Below, in pieces: positions 11,881-26,030 of a DNA stretch of 64,000 bases (within the stretch, counting starts at the first letter, position 1; each line of letters opens with the position of its first letter). A program made the translations under genes and the position numbers. The notes below the pieces were generated by a model. The model saw only the letters and a program-made list of their open reading frames with translations, was not told the DNA's origin and made no database searches. Source of the stretch: Eledone cirrhosa (Eukaryota); the NCBI GenBank assembly GCA_964016885.1, contig OZ024740.1, positions 51,026,001 through 51,090,000 on the forward strand, written 5' to 3'.

Positions 11881-14698
11881 GTTTTGGAGAAATTTTATTA
11901 GTTATCTTTAATCTTTGTGTCCAAATTTAGGTTTGGGGACCTGTTTATATTACATTCCATAACATATCATAAGTTAATTTCATCTCTAGTTCTTCATTAA
12001 ACTATATTAGAACTTTGTAGAATAATAAGCACCAGAATGTAACAAAATGATGTTGTGAGAGATATCAACTAACCATCTTCAGGATATTAGTGAAGGATTT
12101 TTGATAAAATGAAGCAAAAGGAAAATTCAGAAAGAACTCATGTGAAAAATATTTCATTCTTATTCAAAAGCTTTTCAAAAGGTTAACAGATTTTTAGGTT
12201 ACTCCAAGAAACAACCTTTTCAGTTCAAGCAATATATTCTAAAGTTTTTAGCAATATCCTGTAAAGTCTATTATTACAAAACATTATGCTAAAATATGAA
12301 GAAAGATCTCATAAGTTTAATGATATATTTTCAGAATTATTTTAAAGTAGAAATTGAGTTAGTAGTTGTAGGGCAGAGGGGATGAAAAAAAAAAAAACAG
12401 GTGTGTAAAAGCGAAGCTGTGCAGATCATTAACAGACAACTTACTACAAATTTGATAAACAAAACTTTCTTGAACATATTACATCACACAAATAATTGAC
12501 AAAATAAACCAAGGAATTAAACCAATTAATTACATAAAAATGAAATCAATAAAATAATGCATAGATTAAAAAGGAAACTCTTAGAAGTGTAATGGTATCA
12601 TCGACTTTAATTTTGACCCATTCACCCAGCCAAAAATCTTAGAAATACTTCAGCTTCAAAAATGTAAATTTAGAACATCACCACACTTTGTATATTTTCC
12701 CATTTCTACATGGCTGAATTAATCATTAAGAAAAATAAGTACATGCTTAAAACATCAAGGGAAAAGAGATACCATTTTATTCAAATTAATTGTATTTCTC
12801 ATTCCCCAAAAAAGTTTTTTCACAGACTTTATATAAGGATAGGGGAATGGAGGAACCATCACAATTTTTTAAGTACTAAGGGCCCCAAAAGACTTAATCC
12901 AGTCCTGGATGTAAAGATCAAGGGAGGAAAACATTCTTCCAGTTCGAAATTTCTATCTTGTAGGATGGAAAAAGTATTTCAAAAAGATTATCAACCATAC
13001 CCAGTTTTCATTAACATATTTTAGATTATAGAAATGTGCGTATGAACTGATTTTTGTTTACTAAATAGGTTTACACTTACCCCCAGAGAACCTCTAAAAC
13101 TTTAAATTCCCTTTAAAAGACATATTGAAGAGATAATATCTCTGCTATAAGCCAACATCAAACCTAAGGTTTCTATAATACACGTTTCATAAGCTATGCT
13201 TTATCACATGCCACACATTGGCATTTAAAATACAATTTGGTATTAGTTCACAATAATAAACTAAAATTATGTGAAACCAGGTTATCAAGGACTTTATAAA
13301 TACTCCTTTTCATCCATTTTCAGTAAGTAGATATGTCCTAGACTACTATAGGCAAGTTTCGGAATCTGGAATAATTAGCTCACATCAAACAGAAGATAAG
13401 TAACTTTAAATTTCAATAAATGCAAGGTGGATTTATCAAAATGTATTTTAACATACTTAAATTTTATTTATATCAAAGTAGTTTTACATAGGCATAGAAC
13501 TTGGAATTTTGATGTAAGAGGAAATGGGAAGTTGCCATTTTTATACATTTTTCAAGATTATTAATGACGTAAGCTAAGTAGAATGGTTCTAACAGGAAAC
13601 AGAAACTGAGATATTGATACAACTTGTAAAGAACTAGGTTTCAGTATCCACCACTCTACTAAATAAATAATATAATTATTTGAATGGTATTTTCATGGGT
13701 AAGTCTTGACAGAATAAATTTAGTAAAAAATAAAGCATTTTGAAACAATATCCTTTGGTAGCACATGTTACTAAGTATAATGTTATTGTAGGAAGTACTT
13801 TTATTTTTACTATTATTGTTCATAGTTTATATACACATTTTTCCACTTTTTACCATGTTTACATGAAGGGGAGTTGAATCTATAAAATTAGATATTTGAT
13901 TGTTTGAGGAAGCATTTATAACAGCTCAATGATACATCATATCCTTGACAGCTCAGCTTTTAATAGAATAAAGATTTAACCCTTTAATGTTCAAACCGGC
14001 CAAAATTCTCTACCTCTTTCTGTTGAAACTGGCTGTAACTGGTCACTCAAACTGATGTTAAGGTATTCTTCTCAAAATAAATACTTTCAAAATCTCATAG
14101 ATTCGATATTATGTGAGATAATTATGTGAGGTAAAGCCTTTACCATGAAAATACAATAGTATATATAGAGTAATGTAAATGCTAAAGGGCTAAAGTTTAT
14201 GCAGTCAAATTTTTCTATATGGAAAACATTTGTTTTAGGTAGAGTTTTGTTCACATTAACTGGCTTGAAAATTATTACAGCCTTCAACCCCCAGAAACGT
14301 TACCTAGTTTTTGAGACACCACTATATTCCAATTACCTTCTCTATGTTAATAATTTAGCTCACCATTTCAGGTTAAAGAAACGCAAATGTCTGCAGTGCT
14401 CCTGCTGCTTATCATAGTAAATTGTACCAAAACTTTTAATCAAACACTGTTTTATTGACTTGATTTTTTAACTAACATCTTTTCATCAAAACTTAAGTAA
14501 AAATTCATCATTAATAACAAATATATATATATAAACATCGATGTCTCTTGTTGAGACATGGCAAGAGTATATTAGAATTCATAGAAGAGTGAGAAAACTC
14601 AACACTAGTCAGTGTTGAGTTTTCTCCTTTTTCTAAGAATATATATATATATGTGTGTGTGTGTGTATACATATGCATGCATGCATGTATGTGTGTGC

Positions 14699-14737
<39 letters not shown>

Positions 14738-15250
14738 GAAAATGTGAGTGTCCCAATAAATAATAGTTGAGAAAATTGGATAAAATACCCTTAGTGATGG
14801 AAAATTGTGGACAGAAGTGCCTGTAGTATTTGCATGGTATTCAATATCTCACACATACTTCTGTTCACATCTCTCTCTAATAATATATAACCTGATGTTG
14901 TTAACTATTATTTCTAGGCATTTTCTGTGTTGGGATGCTTACATCTTCAAATTTAAAACCCTCCCAACGCTTCATAACTCATAAATTTATATATATATAC
15001 ATATATCATCATCATCATCATTTTAACATCTGCTTTCCCTGCTAGCAAGGGTTAGATGGGTCTACATGAACTAAGTCAGTACTGAAGCAGAGCCACTGAT
15101 CTTTCAGGTAGGCCAGGGATATATATATATATATATATATATAGGAACCAGTAAGACCCCGACTGCTGAGCTCAAGCCGTTTCGACGGCTAATTTATATA
15201 TATATATAACCATCAAGAGCGTTGAGGTATGTGATACATCAATTCATGTA

Positions 15251-15312
15251 TTTTATCTGACGAGGACGTACTGAAAAAACAGCTCAGTACCTTCGAAATA
15301 TATATAATAAAA
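15251..15312 (+). ncRNA. Minimal type I hammerhead ribozyme (PLE-type), canonical core
   Basis: Stem I TTTTAT/ATAAAA; CTGACGA; helix II G..C with GTACTGA/TCAGTAC; GAAA; stem III T-A with palindromic loop ATAT; ATA cleavage triplet (after 15306). Confidence 0.8.
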
Positions 15313-15357
15313 CATATTTTGATTATGTGAATGTCTTCATTTATTACTATTTTGAAT

Positions 15358-15390
<33 letters not shown>

Positions 15391-15486
15391 ATATATCTAT
15401 TCTTTTACTCTACCTGTTCCAGCCATTCGGCTGAGGCCACGCTAGAGCACCACCCTTATATATATATATATGTATATATATGTATA

Positions 15487-15524
<38 letters not shown>

Positions 15525-15592
15525 CATGGAAAAACAAACATAAAAACGATATGATATATATATGGAAGCATGGAAAAACAGACATAAAAACG

Positions 15593-15643
<51 letters not shown>

Positions 15644-17365
15644 AGAGAGAGAGAGAGAAGAATAAATTATTTTAATATCTATAAAGGTTAAGGAATGGAA
15701 GAAACAGCTGAGTGCCAAACTCCTATTCCTTTTTAGTATTAATTACATTCCTTTTAATTATGAGTTCAAATACTGCTAGGAATGACTGCTTTGGATTTCT
15801 CTAGGTTTGATTTATATAGATACCAGTAACACACTGTAGGCAATTCAAATGATATTACCCCTCTCTTACAAACTCCTGGCTTTGTGCTATTGTTAGAATT
15901 CATTATGTAGGAAGTTCTTAACTGAAAAATGCTTCTATATAAACATAAGATTACAATGCATTCTTCTCTTTTTCCTATGTCTGACTTAAAATAATTCTGA
16001 GCTGTCTTAGCATTTATTTAACATGTCTTATAAGACTTAAATTCAACTAATAACCAATCTTAATAAAGCAATATCTTTTATTATATTTTTTGCTCTTTTT
16101 CTTCTGGGTGGAGGGCAGCGTTAAGATATATCCAGAGTAAGATTGTATGGTTTCTTTTGATGGAATTATTTGCAATCCTTGTCAAACACACTCTACTCAA
16201 CATATAGTATCAACAGAAAACATAACATATGTAAGGCTTCTTGGTTAAGCTGGCATAAGTAAATTCAAAAAAACAAAAACAAAAGGAAAAAAAATGTTGG
16301 TAGAAATAAGAGTTATCCAAAAGCCGGGAGGAAATCAAAGGAAACCAGTAAACAAATATATTATTATTATTATTATTATTATTTGGTGCTTGTGGCCAAT
16401 AAATGAAACAATTATTATTATTATTAAAATATATATAAAAAAAATAAAAACAAATAAAATATAAAACAAAAATAAATAAAAGAAATTATAATCATTGTCG
16501 GTATTATTATTATTATTATTATTATTATTGGAAGGGTGGTAGAGTGGTTGAAAATGAAAGATTTTATCTCACCACATTTCACATTCCAAATTAAAATTCA
16601 GCAAGGATTAGCTTTATCTTTAATCCCTTTGTGGTTGATTAAATAAGTACCAGTAAAATACCTGGAACCAGTCAATCCTTAATTCTCTTTTTCTACTAAT
16701 TTACAGTGTTATACCATTTATACCATTTAACTTTTGCCCCTTCATTTCTAAGCTCAAATCCTGATATGGTTAATTTTTAGAATTAATAGAAATAAATTAT
16801 GTATTATGGCCAATTCAATTGAAAATTGGTTCTGTGAAATTTGGTTTGTGATTATGGAATCGATAGAGTATTCAATGAAATGTTTCGCAGTATATAGTGA
16901 TGTTCTTGTATATTCTAAGTTCTAATTCTGCTAAGGTTAACGTTGCCTTCCAGAATCAATGAAATAACACACTAGACAAATACTAGGATCAATTTAATTG
17001 ACAAAACCTGTAAGCCCTCACCTCACCCCACCAGATTATGACTTTATGGCTATTTAAGAAATTATCAGTATTTGAGCACTCCTAGCATTGATAGGCATCA
17101 AATATGTAGAGAACTCGGCTTAGTAGACAATACTAATTTTCTACAAAATTGCTGTTATACTCAGTGGAAAGAAATTATTATGAAAATTTTCCTCAAATTC
17201 TTACATATTTTTATAGCAACATCCCTAAACAACAAAACAAAATATCTTTTTTCTGTGTTTTATTTAATTTATTTATTTTTCTTTACTTATAATTGCATAT
17301 ATACAGTATATAACTTTGATAGGTTTCGGCCAGTATTGGCCCCGGCCTTGTCTAACTTAATAGCA

Positions 17366-17852
17366 CCATATACATGAATATAAGCCAAGATTTATGAGAC
17401 AAAAAAAATCGATGGTAAACAGGGGTCAGCCTATATTTTGTTGATTTTCACTAACTTCAAATTCTACGTAAATGAGGAGCTAAAATTTTTCCTTTGGAGG
17501 TTACACTTTGGAGATGAATATTACAATGGTTTCACTTTGGAGGTAAAATTTGTTTGTCCTATCATTTTTAACATTTTGAATGAATATGGCTTTCAAAACA
17601 GTCAGAAATTAGTAAAAATTCATTACATAATGGAGTTGTGAAACAAAAACGATACTCTAAAAGACATCTAAAATATTTTAAATATCAAAATATTAAAACA
17701 TCATAAATATATTCTCCACTCATGACAATTTCTAAACTGCACCATTTAAACATAATATGTTGATTAGCTGCTTTGGTTTATACACAAGGTTTGGATTTTT
17801 GCCCACTTCTCAGACATAAAACGGAGGTCGGCTTATATTTGTGTATATACAG
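17366..17852. mobile_element. Tc1/mariner-pogo-like MITE (partial copy at 32845-32990)
   Basis: Termini ATATACATGAATATAAGCC and GGCTTATATTTGTGTATATACAG|TA. Confidence 0.65.
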
Positions 17853-18924
17853 TATTTATTTAACTGTTTAATTTGTTATTTTTCATCAGAGGGTTTTTGA
17901 AGGAATTTCAATCTTAAATAGAACTCTAATTCTAACTTAGAAACTACATTTGACCAGGCCTGTTGTCAAGCTTTGGTGTTTGGCATTGCTTTGGAACATG
18001 GGCACTCTAATTCACAATCATTCTAAGGCAGAGATTTGGTATCAGCATATCTACATGATTTTTTTCTAAAATTGAAAAGGGAGTAGTGCCATTTAGTGAC
18101 CCCCCTCTCCTCAAGTGCTTCCCTTTCATTGAGTAACAACCCCATTTTTTACTTTTACTTTGGTAATATCATTAGGTTACTGTTGCTAATGTTGGTGATT
18201 ATGCTGATAATAATATCTTGGTTTAGTTTTAATGAGTAATTGGGAAGAAAAACTCAAAATTCTTTTTAAGTAGAAAGCCATTTTGAGAATAATAATTTGT
18301 AATTAAAAAAAAAAAAATTAAATGTTATTTTGTTGTTGTTGGTAATTATAAATCATAACACAAAGGAACTAGTTGCTAAATATAGATTTTGATGTACCTA
18401 TCTACTTGTGATTGGGTTGATATTGGATTTTTAATGTATGTTGAGTCATTTTATGAACTGAATGAAGAGTAAGAAGTAGGGATAGATAGATAAAGATGTT
18501 ATGTATGTATATACGTATGTATGTTCCCTTTTTCTCTTAATTTTTTGTTTACTTTTGACTAGCCATCCTCCCAGTGACAAGGTTATAAAGAAAAGGAAAT
18601 TGTCATCTCTTGTGTAAGCATTCATCCTTTGAATTGTAAAAATATATGTATGTCTGTATGTGTATATGTTCTTCTGGTTTTATTATTTTATAAATGTTCA
18701 CCAATAGAGAGAGAGCCAGTTTCTAACATAGAAACAAGACTCTTTCATTGGAATTTAGACAACACCAATTAGGTAAAAATGTATGTCAATCTTTATGCGC
18801 TTATATGTACATGGGTGCTGGTATGTATGTTACTGCATGTGGGAATCTGTATGTTTTGAGCTATATGTGTGTATATGTATATGTTTCTGTATCTAAACAT
18901 GTATATACAGTTATTATATGCTGA

Positions 18925-19400
18925 TTTCTGAAATATTTTACATATTTTTACAATTCCATTAATGGACTGTACTTGCAGCTTCTTAACTAGCAGTGCTCTT
19001 TTCAAGATTTATAGTGAGACAGTTAGTTACATATACAAGAGCCCTAATGATCACAGTTACAAATTTAAAGCTATAGTCAAGGTAGAGTATCTACAGATTC
19101 CTCATTAATTCAGCATAAATGTTCTCCTTTTCACTAATCTTTAGTGTTGATGTTGTCATATCTAGCCATGTTGTTTGTAGAAAATCCTTGTAAGGTGAAT
19201 TCAATTTTTAGACTGATATTTCTTCTACGATTTTGAATAAAAAGTGGCTTCAATGAATATCATCAGAAGAATATCCAGTTATTTAACAAGGCTGGTAGTT
19301 GTGGCATTATTGTTGGAGATACTAGTCATCTTAAATTTCATGAATAGTCTCTCTTGCCAAATGTCTGACTTCTCACATTAAGTATCTCATGCAAGTATGT
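18925..19400 (-). pseudogene. Second R4/Dong-like 3' fragment
   Basis: KLQVQSINGIVKICKIF and VIIRALVYV match the end of the 36566-37345 remnant. Confidence 0.6.
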
Positions 19401-19425
19401 ATTTATTGCTATGAATGTTTATACA

Positions 19426-19490
<65 letters not shown>

Positions 19491-19761
19491 GTATGTGTAT
19501 ATTTATTTATTCAGTTGGAATGCAGAATGGCTGTTCATTAAATCTTAGTTCCTTAAGAACAAATATTCCAACTAAATGTATGTACATGTGTATACACACC
19601 CACACACACACACATATATATATATGCATATATATGTATATATGTATCATCATCAGCATTTAACGTCCATTTTCCACGCTAGCATGGGGTATATATATAT
19701 ATATATGTATGGATATATGCTTATATATATATATATGCATATATATATAATATATATATGC

Positions 19762-19833
<72 letters not shown>

Positions 19834-19842
19834 TATATATAT

Positions 19843-21460
19843 ATCATCGTTTAATGTCTATCTTCCATATCTTCCACGCTAGCATGGGTTAGACGGAAGT
19901 TCTCCCACTTGAGGCAAGATTGGTCGGGTGACCGTGTCTTACTCGTATAGGACTGTCTGGCAGATTTCTACGGCTGGATGGCCTTCCTAACACCAACCAT
20001 ATTTACAGTGTGGACTGGGAACTTTTTACCATGTTACCTACACGGCCACATTACAGCGTGGACTGTGTGTTTTTTTTTTTTGTCGTGACACCTACACGAT
20101 CTCATTAGTTTGGACTGGATGTTGTGGTACCAACATAACTTTATAGAGAAAGGGCGGTGTTGGTGGGAGTGGGAGGATGGAGTTGGGTAGTGGGTTGGGG
20201 TATAGGTTTGGTTTGGAGGGACCTACTGACTGTAGGTTAACTTTGCACGTAAGGAAGCCAGGTCTTCTGTAATACTGCGTAGCACCAAAGATCTTGATCC
20301 AGTGACATTGTCTTAGAGAGGTGCAAGTGTGCAACATGATAAAGTCCGACCTTGCACACTTGCACCTCTCTAAGACAATGTCCCTGGATCAAGATCTTTG
20401 GTGCCACGCAGTATTACAGAAGACCCGGCTTCCCTACGTGCAAGTGTGCAAGGTCGGACTTTATCAAGTTTATCTGGGTCTACCTACTCTATAACTTCCA
20501 TCAATTTTGATCGCCCTGCACTTTTTTATACAGCTGTCGTCTTTCATGCCCATCACTTGACCATACCAACGTAATCTTCTCTTCAGTAAACAGCATCTGA
20601 TCCCTCTTATTCCTAATTTCTCACTTAGTTCATTTATGTTTTGCTGTTTGTGTATTACTATTACACATCCAACGGAGCATGCATGCTTTGTTCCTTCCAG
20701 TCTGCACAGGTCCTCTGTACACAATGCCCATGTCTTACTGCCAAGTAACATTACTGTTCGTATGCAGGCATCATACAATCTGCCTTTCATTTTTAGAGAG
20801 AAACCTCTTGTGGCCAACAGCAGTATAAGCTCTCTGAACTTTTTCCATCCCATTCTTACTCTGGCTACTGTACTTTCAGAACACCCACCACCACTGCTGA
20901 TTTTGTCACCCAGGTAACGGTAAGTGACCACTATTTCTATGGAACCATTTGGGCAATAGAAAGAGCTAGTATCTTGTGGGCACTTGCTACTTATTGCACC
21001 TGAGGATCGGCCACATATAAAATCTACGTTCTTAGATACCTTGTCTGTGATCCCACTACATCTTTTATGTACCCATCGTTTACATTTGGGACATAAAATG
21101 GAATTTCTGCCTACTCCTTTCCTACATATTAAGCATGGCCATTTCCCAGAGGGCACCTGTGCCCTATTTTCCTTTCTACATACTAGAACTTTAGTCTTAG
21201 ACAAGTTAACTTTAAGGCCTTTTGATTCTAGGCCATGCTTCCATGTTTGGAATTTCTTCTCTAGTTCAGCCATAGATTCAGCTATGAGAGTTAGATCATC
21301 TGTGTATAGAAGTTCCCATGGGCAGCCGGTCTTAAACTCTTCTGTTATAGCCTGAAGGGCAATAATAAATAGGAGGGGGCTAAGGACAGAGCGTTGATGA
21401 ACACCAACTTTTACGCTAAATTCTTCACTATATTCATTGCTAATTCTACTGATACTGACT
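19843..21460 (-). mobile_element. 5'-truncated RTE copy with internal inverted duplication
   Basis: ORF 20470-21504 (YTDD, GVHQRS, PHD); 3' UTR 19843-20240; both ends in (TA)n. Confidence 0.93.
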
Positions 21461-21470
21461 ATATATATAT

Positions 21471-21705
21471 ATAGGAAAAGTATGACTCCGGCGGCAGAGC
21501 TCAAGCCATTTCGACGGCTATTTCTGGACTAAATTAGAATTTTTAGATCAGGCTAAAAATTCTAATTTAGTCCAGAAATAGCTGTCGAAACGGCTTGAGC
21601 TCTGCCGTCGGGGTCATACTTTTTCCTATTTCCCACTCTACTACTCTAAGCATTCAGTACTCTGGTGCGTTATGGTCCATCTGGTTCCTTACCACATTTC
21701 CTTTG

Positions 21706-21708
<3 letters not shown>
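21471..21708 (+). mobile_element. PLE family-A terminus with 5' inverted arm (palindrome 21471-21629)
   Basis: Arms of ~76 bp; contains the hammerhead 3' half GAAA CGGC TTGAGCTCT GCCG TC; both ends in (TA)n. Confidence 0.8.
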
Positions 21709-21757
<49 letters not shown>

Positions 21758-21789
21758 TCATCATCATTTTACGTCCGCTTTTCCCTGCT

Positions 21790-21834
<45 letters not shown>

Positions 21835-21958
21835 CATATATATATATATATGTGTGTATGGATAGGTAGATATATGAAGCCAGCAGACAGAAACACATGG
21901 AGCGGGACGCTAAGGAACGTTGTCAGGCATATTAAAAAACTGGATGATGATGATATAT

Positions 21959-22003
<45 letters not shown>

Positions 22004-22399
22004 TGCTGTGTGTGTGTAAAATGTAGTAATCTTTAGCTTTAGGGGGATTTTTCATAATAGGAAAAATATGAAAGGAATTTGTAGCTAAAGTGGTTTAATT
22101 GTGGGTGTGGTTGATGACAAGATACACATATATTTGTTTTGTACATATATAGCATGTAAGCCTATCCATATTCCTGCTTATAGGCACATATTAACACACA
22201 TAACCACATATACATATATATGGATAGATTTGTGCACATACTTGACACGAAAATGTATGCATCAAATACACACATTTATGCAAATGCATATATGTAGATT
22301 CATTCACCTATAAGTGCATATATACTAACGCCCACACATACATCACACAAACACTTGTACATAAACACAGTTACATATGTATATATGTAAGTGTGCTTA

Positions 22400-23240
22400 T
22401 ATACCAGTGCTTTGAATGGCAGTGTTGCATGGAAGTGAGACCTGAACAATGTGTGCAGAGGACCTGCGAAGATTGGAAAGAAATGAAGCTTGCATGCTCT
22501 GTTGGATGTGTAACAGTAGTGTGCATAAACGGCGAAAATTCAGTGATCTGAGAGAGAAACTAAGCGCAAGAGGGGTTAGATTCAGTGTACAAGAGAGGAT
22601 GACATTGTATAAATGGTGCAGGGCACTGAAAGTCGAGGGAAACTATAGAAGAGGAAGACCTAAGAAAGCTTGGGATGAAGGGATAAAAGCTGACTTTACC
22701 TAATTAAATCTCACAAAGGAGATGACACAAGATCAATATCTGGTGTTATACTGTACTGCAGAAGACCTGCCTCCCCATGTGCACAAAATGAAATGAAACA
22801 CACATGTAGAGAACACACTTGTCTGCACGAATCTTCTCTTTTCCCCTCCCCATTCCCTTTCTCCAGTCTTAATACCGTGCCCTCACCAACTAAATATCCC
22901 ATGCACCACCTCCAAATCCTCACCACTGATATCCCTCTTGCCCAACCCACACTTGAAAGCTGAACATGCTCTACATCTGATCTCCCACAATACCATTACT
23001 ATGACAAAAATCACTAAATCTACCCACAACAACAAAAGCACCCAGTCCTGTAAGTTAGTGACATGATAAAAAGTACCCAGTTCACACTCTAACATTGTTG
23101 GCATTAGTAAGGGTATCCAGCTGTAGAAACCAAGCCAAAATATAGATACGTATGAGTAAGATATGGTCTCTGAACTTGACTTGTCTCATAATGTGACAAC
23201 CCATCTAACCTATGCAATGGATGTTAAATTATGGTGATGA
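22400..23240 (+). mobile_element. Old degenerate RTE 3' fragment
   Basis: CAEDLRRLERNEACML, GRPKKAWDE and a degenerate 3' UTR and tail. Confidence 0.85.
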
Positions 23241-23623
23241 TATATATACGGGTGTGTCTTTGTGTGCATATATGTATTTATTCATATCTAAAATTATGCT
23301 GATATCCCCAAAATTAACTATGCTAAGTGTTGTGCCTATGATAACTAAATATCTAAAATAGTAAGTTTAACCATTTTGATACCAGCCCACCTGAAACCAC
23401 CCTGGTTTTAAGATAAAAACCATCCATTTTAAAATGTACCTAATTATATCATCATGTTAAGTAATGTTCAAAACACTAGTCTACTAATGGAAAATTTAAA
23501 TTCTCAATAACTATTCTTTATTCATAATTCCCATACAAGTGAGAAATCTGATAATTAAACAATATCAAAGAAGAGAATAACATACTTTTGACTCCAAATA
23601 TCTCTTAACTCTTTAGCATTTAC

Positions 23624-23990
23624 ACACGTGGGCATGCCCACAAAGTCAGAAAACAGCACAGTTCCCATGACTTTTGGGAATTTCTTTTCATGCTCAGAGT
23701 TGCTGAAGCATGGAACAAACTACCGGCATCAGTTATTAGCTGAACAAACTACCTGCATCAGTTATTAGCTGTCGAGACACTGCATCCTTTAAAACCACCA
23801 TGCTTCCTGAGATTCGCCAACACTACACCTAATATTCCCCCTCCATACACACATGTATATCATGACTCACACTATTCACTTCCCTAACATTTGTATATTA
23901 TTCTATGTACTATACATGCACCATTGACGAGTTGTAGTGCACCTGAGCACTTTACACAATAATTTCATTATTATTATTATATTATTATTA
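23624..23990 (+). mobile_element. CR1-like LINE 3' end inserted in a TTAA MITE
   Basis: TRGHAHKV...RVAEAWNKLPASVI...SFK; (ATT)n tail; internal ~29-bp duplication at 23712-23770. Confidence 0.8.
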
Positions 23991-26030
23991 CTCTATATTT
24001 ACTATTATATTTTCATGGTAAAGTTTTTACCTCCCATAATATTAAATCTATGAGATTTTGATAATATTTATTTTGAGAACAATACTTTCACATAAGTATG
24101 AGGGGCTGGTTATGGCTAGTTTGAACAGAAAGAGGTGAGAGAATTCTGGCCAGATATGGCCGGTTTAAACTTCCTTTTGGAAGAATCAAGAAGTCTAGAG
24201 AAGATTCCAACAATTCTTGGTATTTGATAACTAAATGTGAATTATGCCAATTTAGGCTTGATCATATCCAGTTGAACAGTAACAAAGTTCTTGATTTGTA
24301 TCTTAGAGGCGAAAGATTTGCATAAAAAGTAAAAAGATTTCTCCATTTTATAAATAAAGGAAGCCCTTTGGCTGTTTCATATTTTGCTTAATGCAAAAAC
24401 ACCTGATCTATTTTAATCCCATGAAAGTATAAATAGATTTATAACTGAAAACTATATACATTTATCTAACTTAAAACACATGTATAGAAATATGAAATAC
24501 AAAGTTTCTTTCTTTGAAAGAGTGAAAAGTTGTTTTAAAAGAAATTAAAATACATTATAAAATAAATATATGGGAAGAAAAATGACTAATAGTGAACTTT
24601 ATAAGAGCCTAGTGGTTATGTAAAGTAGTAAGGTGCAGTCATGTAAGGAAATCTTAATGAGAAATTAAGTATTCTATTTTCATTGGTAAGTACAGAAACA
24701 TGAGATGAAAAGAATGTGTAAGCAGTGAAAAAATAAAACAAGTAAAAGAGAAAACTAGTAGGTAGAAGAGTAAAATGGAAAAGGAAAAAATGAATGATGA
24801 TGATGATTGCAGTTTCATAATATTCCTTGAGGAAGTAAATTATATATTCTCATTGCAGTGTTTTTCTATTTAGTAGTTTAGGGAGATACATATAGACCCA
24901 TAATCTATCATCTATGCTGCATTGTATTGCAGGGAAAGACATTCCAAATAGACACTATTACAAGAATAAGCAATACATGGAGGCTCAGATCACTGTAATA
25001 AGCAGTAGGGATAATATAGGATTGATGAGTGTTTTGTTAGCTTCTAATGCTGAGCTGAAATTATTCAACAAGCTGATGAAGATCAGTTGGATACTTCCAA
25101 TAAAGATGTTTCTAACATTGGCACAAGGTAAACAATTTTATATTGGAGGAGATACAGTCAATTATGGTACCAGCTTTAAGCCTGGTGCTTAATTTTTGTT
25201 TAGTTTTTCCTTTTTATTATCAGACACAGAAGACTAAAAGTCTAAGTTAACTGTAGCCGAGTTTGAACTCAGAATGTTGATGGGTGTAACCAAATACAAT
25301 GCATGAGTCTGCACTACCATTCCAACCACTAATTATGTCAATCAACTACTTTTACCATTTACCAGTAATGCCTGAACCAACAACAGAACTTTTACTTAGT
25401 TACTTAACATGCTAGAAAAAGTAACCAAATCTCCCCCATTTCACACTCTAACATTTATAAAAAAAAGATCTAGATGGGATGAACACCTTTGATCATAGGC
25501 TAACCTGAGGCTAAACAATATCAAGAACAACATCCAGTAATACTAAATGTGAACATTACAGGGCAGCAGTAGACTATCAGAGAACTAAATGAATATCCTT
25601 CTTTCAATTATAAATTGTAACCATACTTCTTAATGTAAAGTATAAAATGTATCTGAGTACAGCATAAACAGCTCAGCTCCCATTTCCCTTTTCTGGAAAT
25701 CTTAGGCTTGAAGCATACATAGGGAAGACACCAGAGGGAATATTCCAGTATATTTTCCTTAGGGGTGCAATCATAACATTGCTACAAACTATTTATGGAG
25801 AGAGAGAGGGGGGGTGCTGAGTAAATAGATAAAAAGATAGATAGATATTGCTTTCCTTTCCCTCCCTTGGAATTCCTAGGCTTCATACACACATGGAAAA
25901 GCCATCCAGGTATTTTCACTGGAGATACAATAACACTATAGTAAGTATACTGTATACATACAGTGTTTTATAATGTTGTTGCATATAGGTTTTTAGGGAA
26001 CTTAAAATAGCATCCCTTATATATATATAT

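Noticed and set aside
11900-13260. Possible hAT transposase remnants
   Set aside because: Only faint motif resemblance; not supportable by eye.
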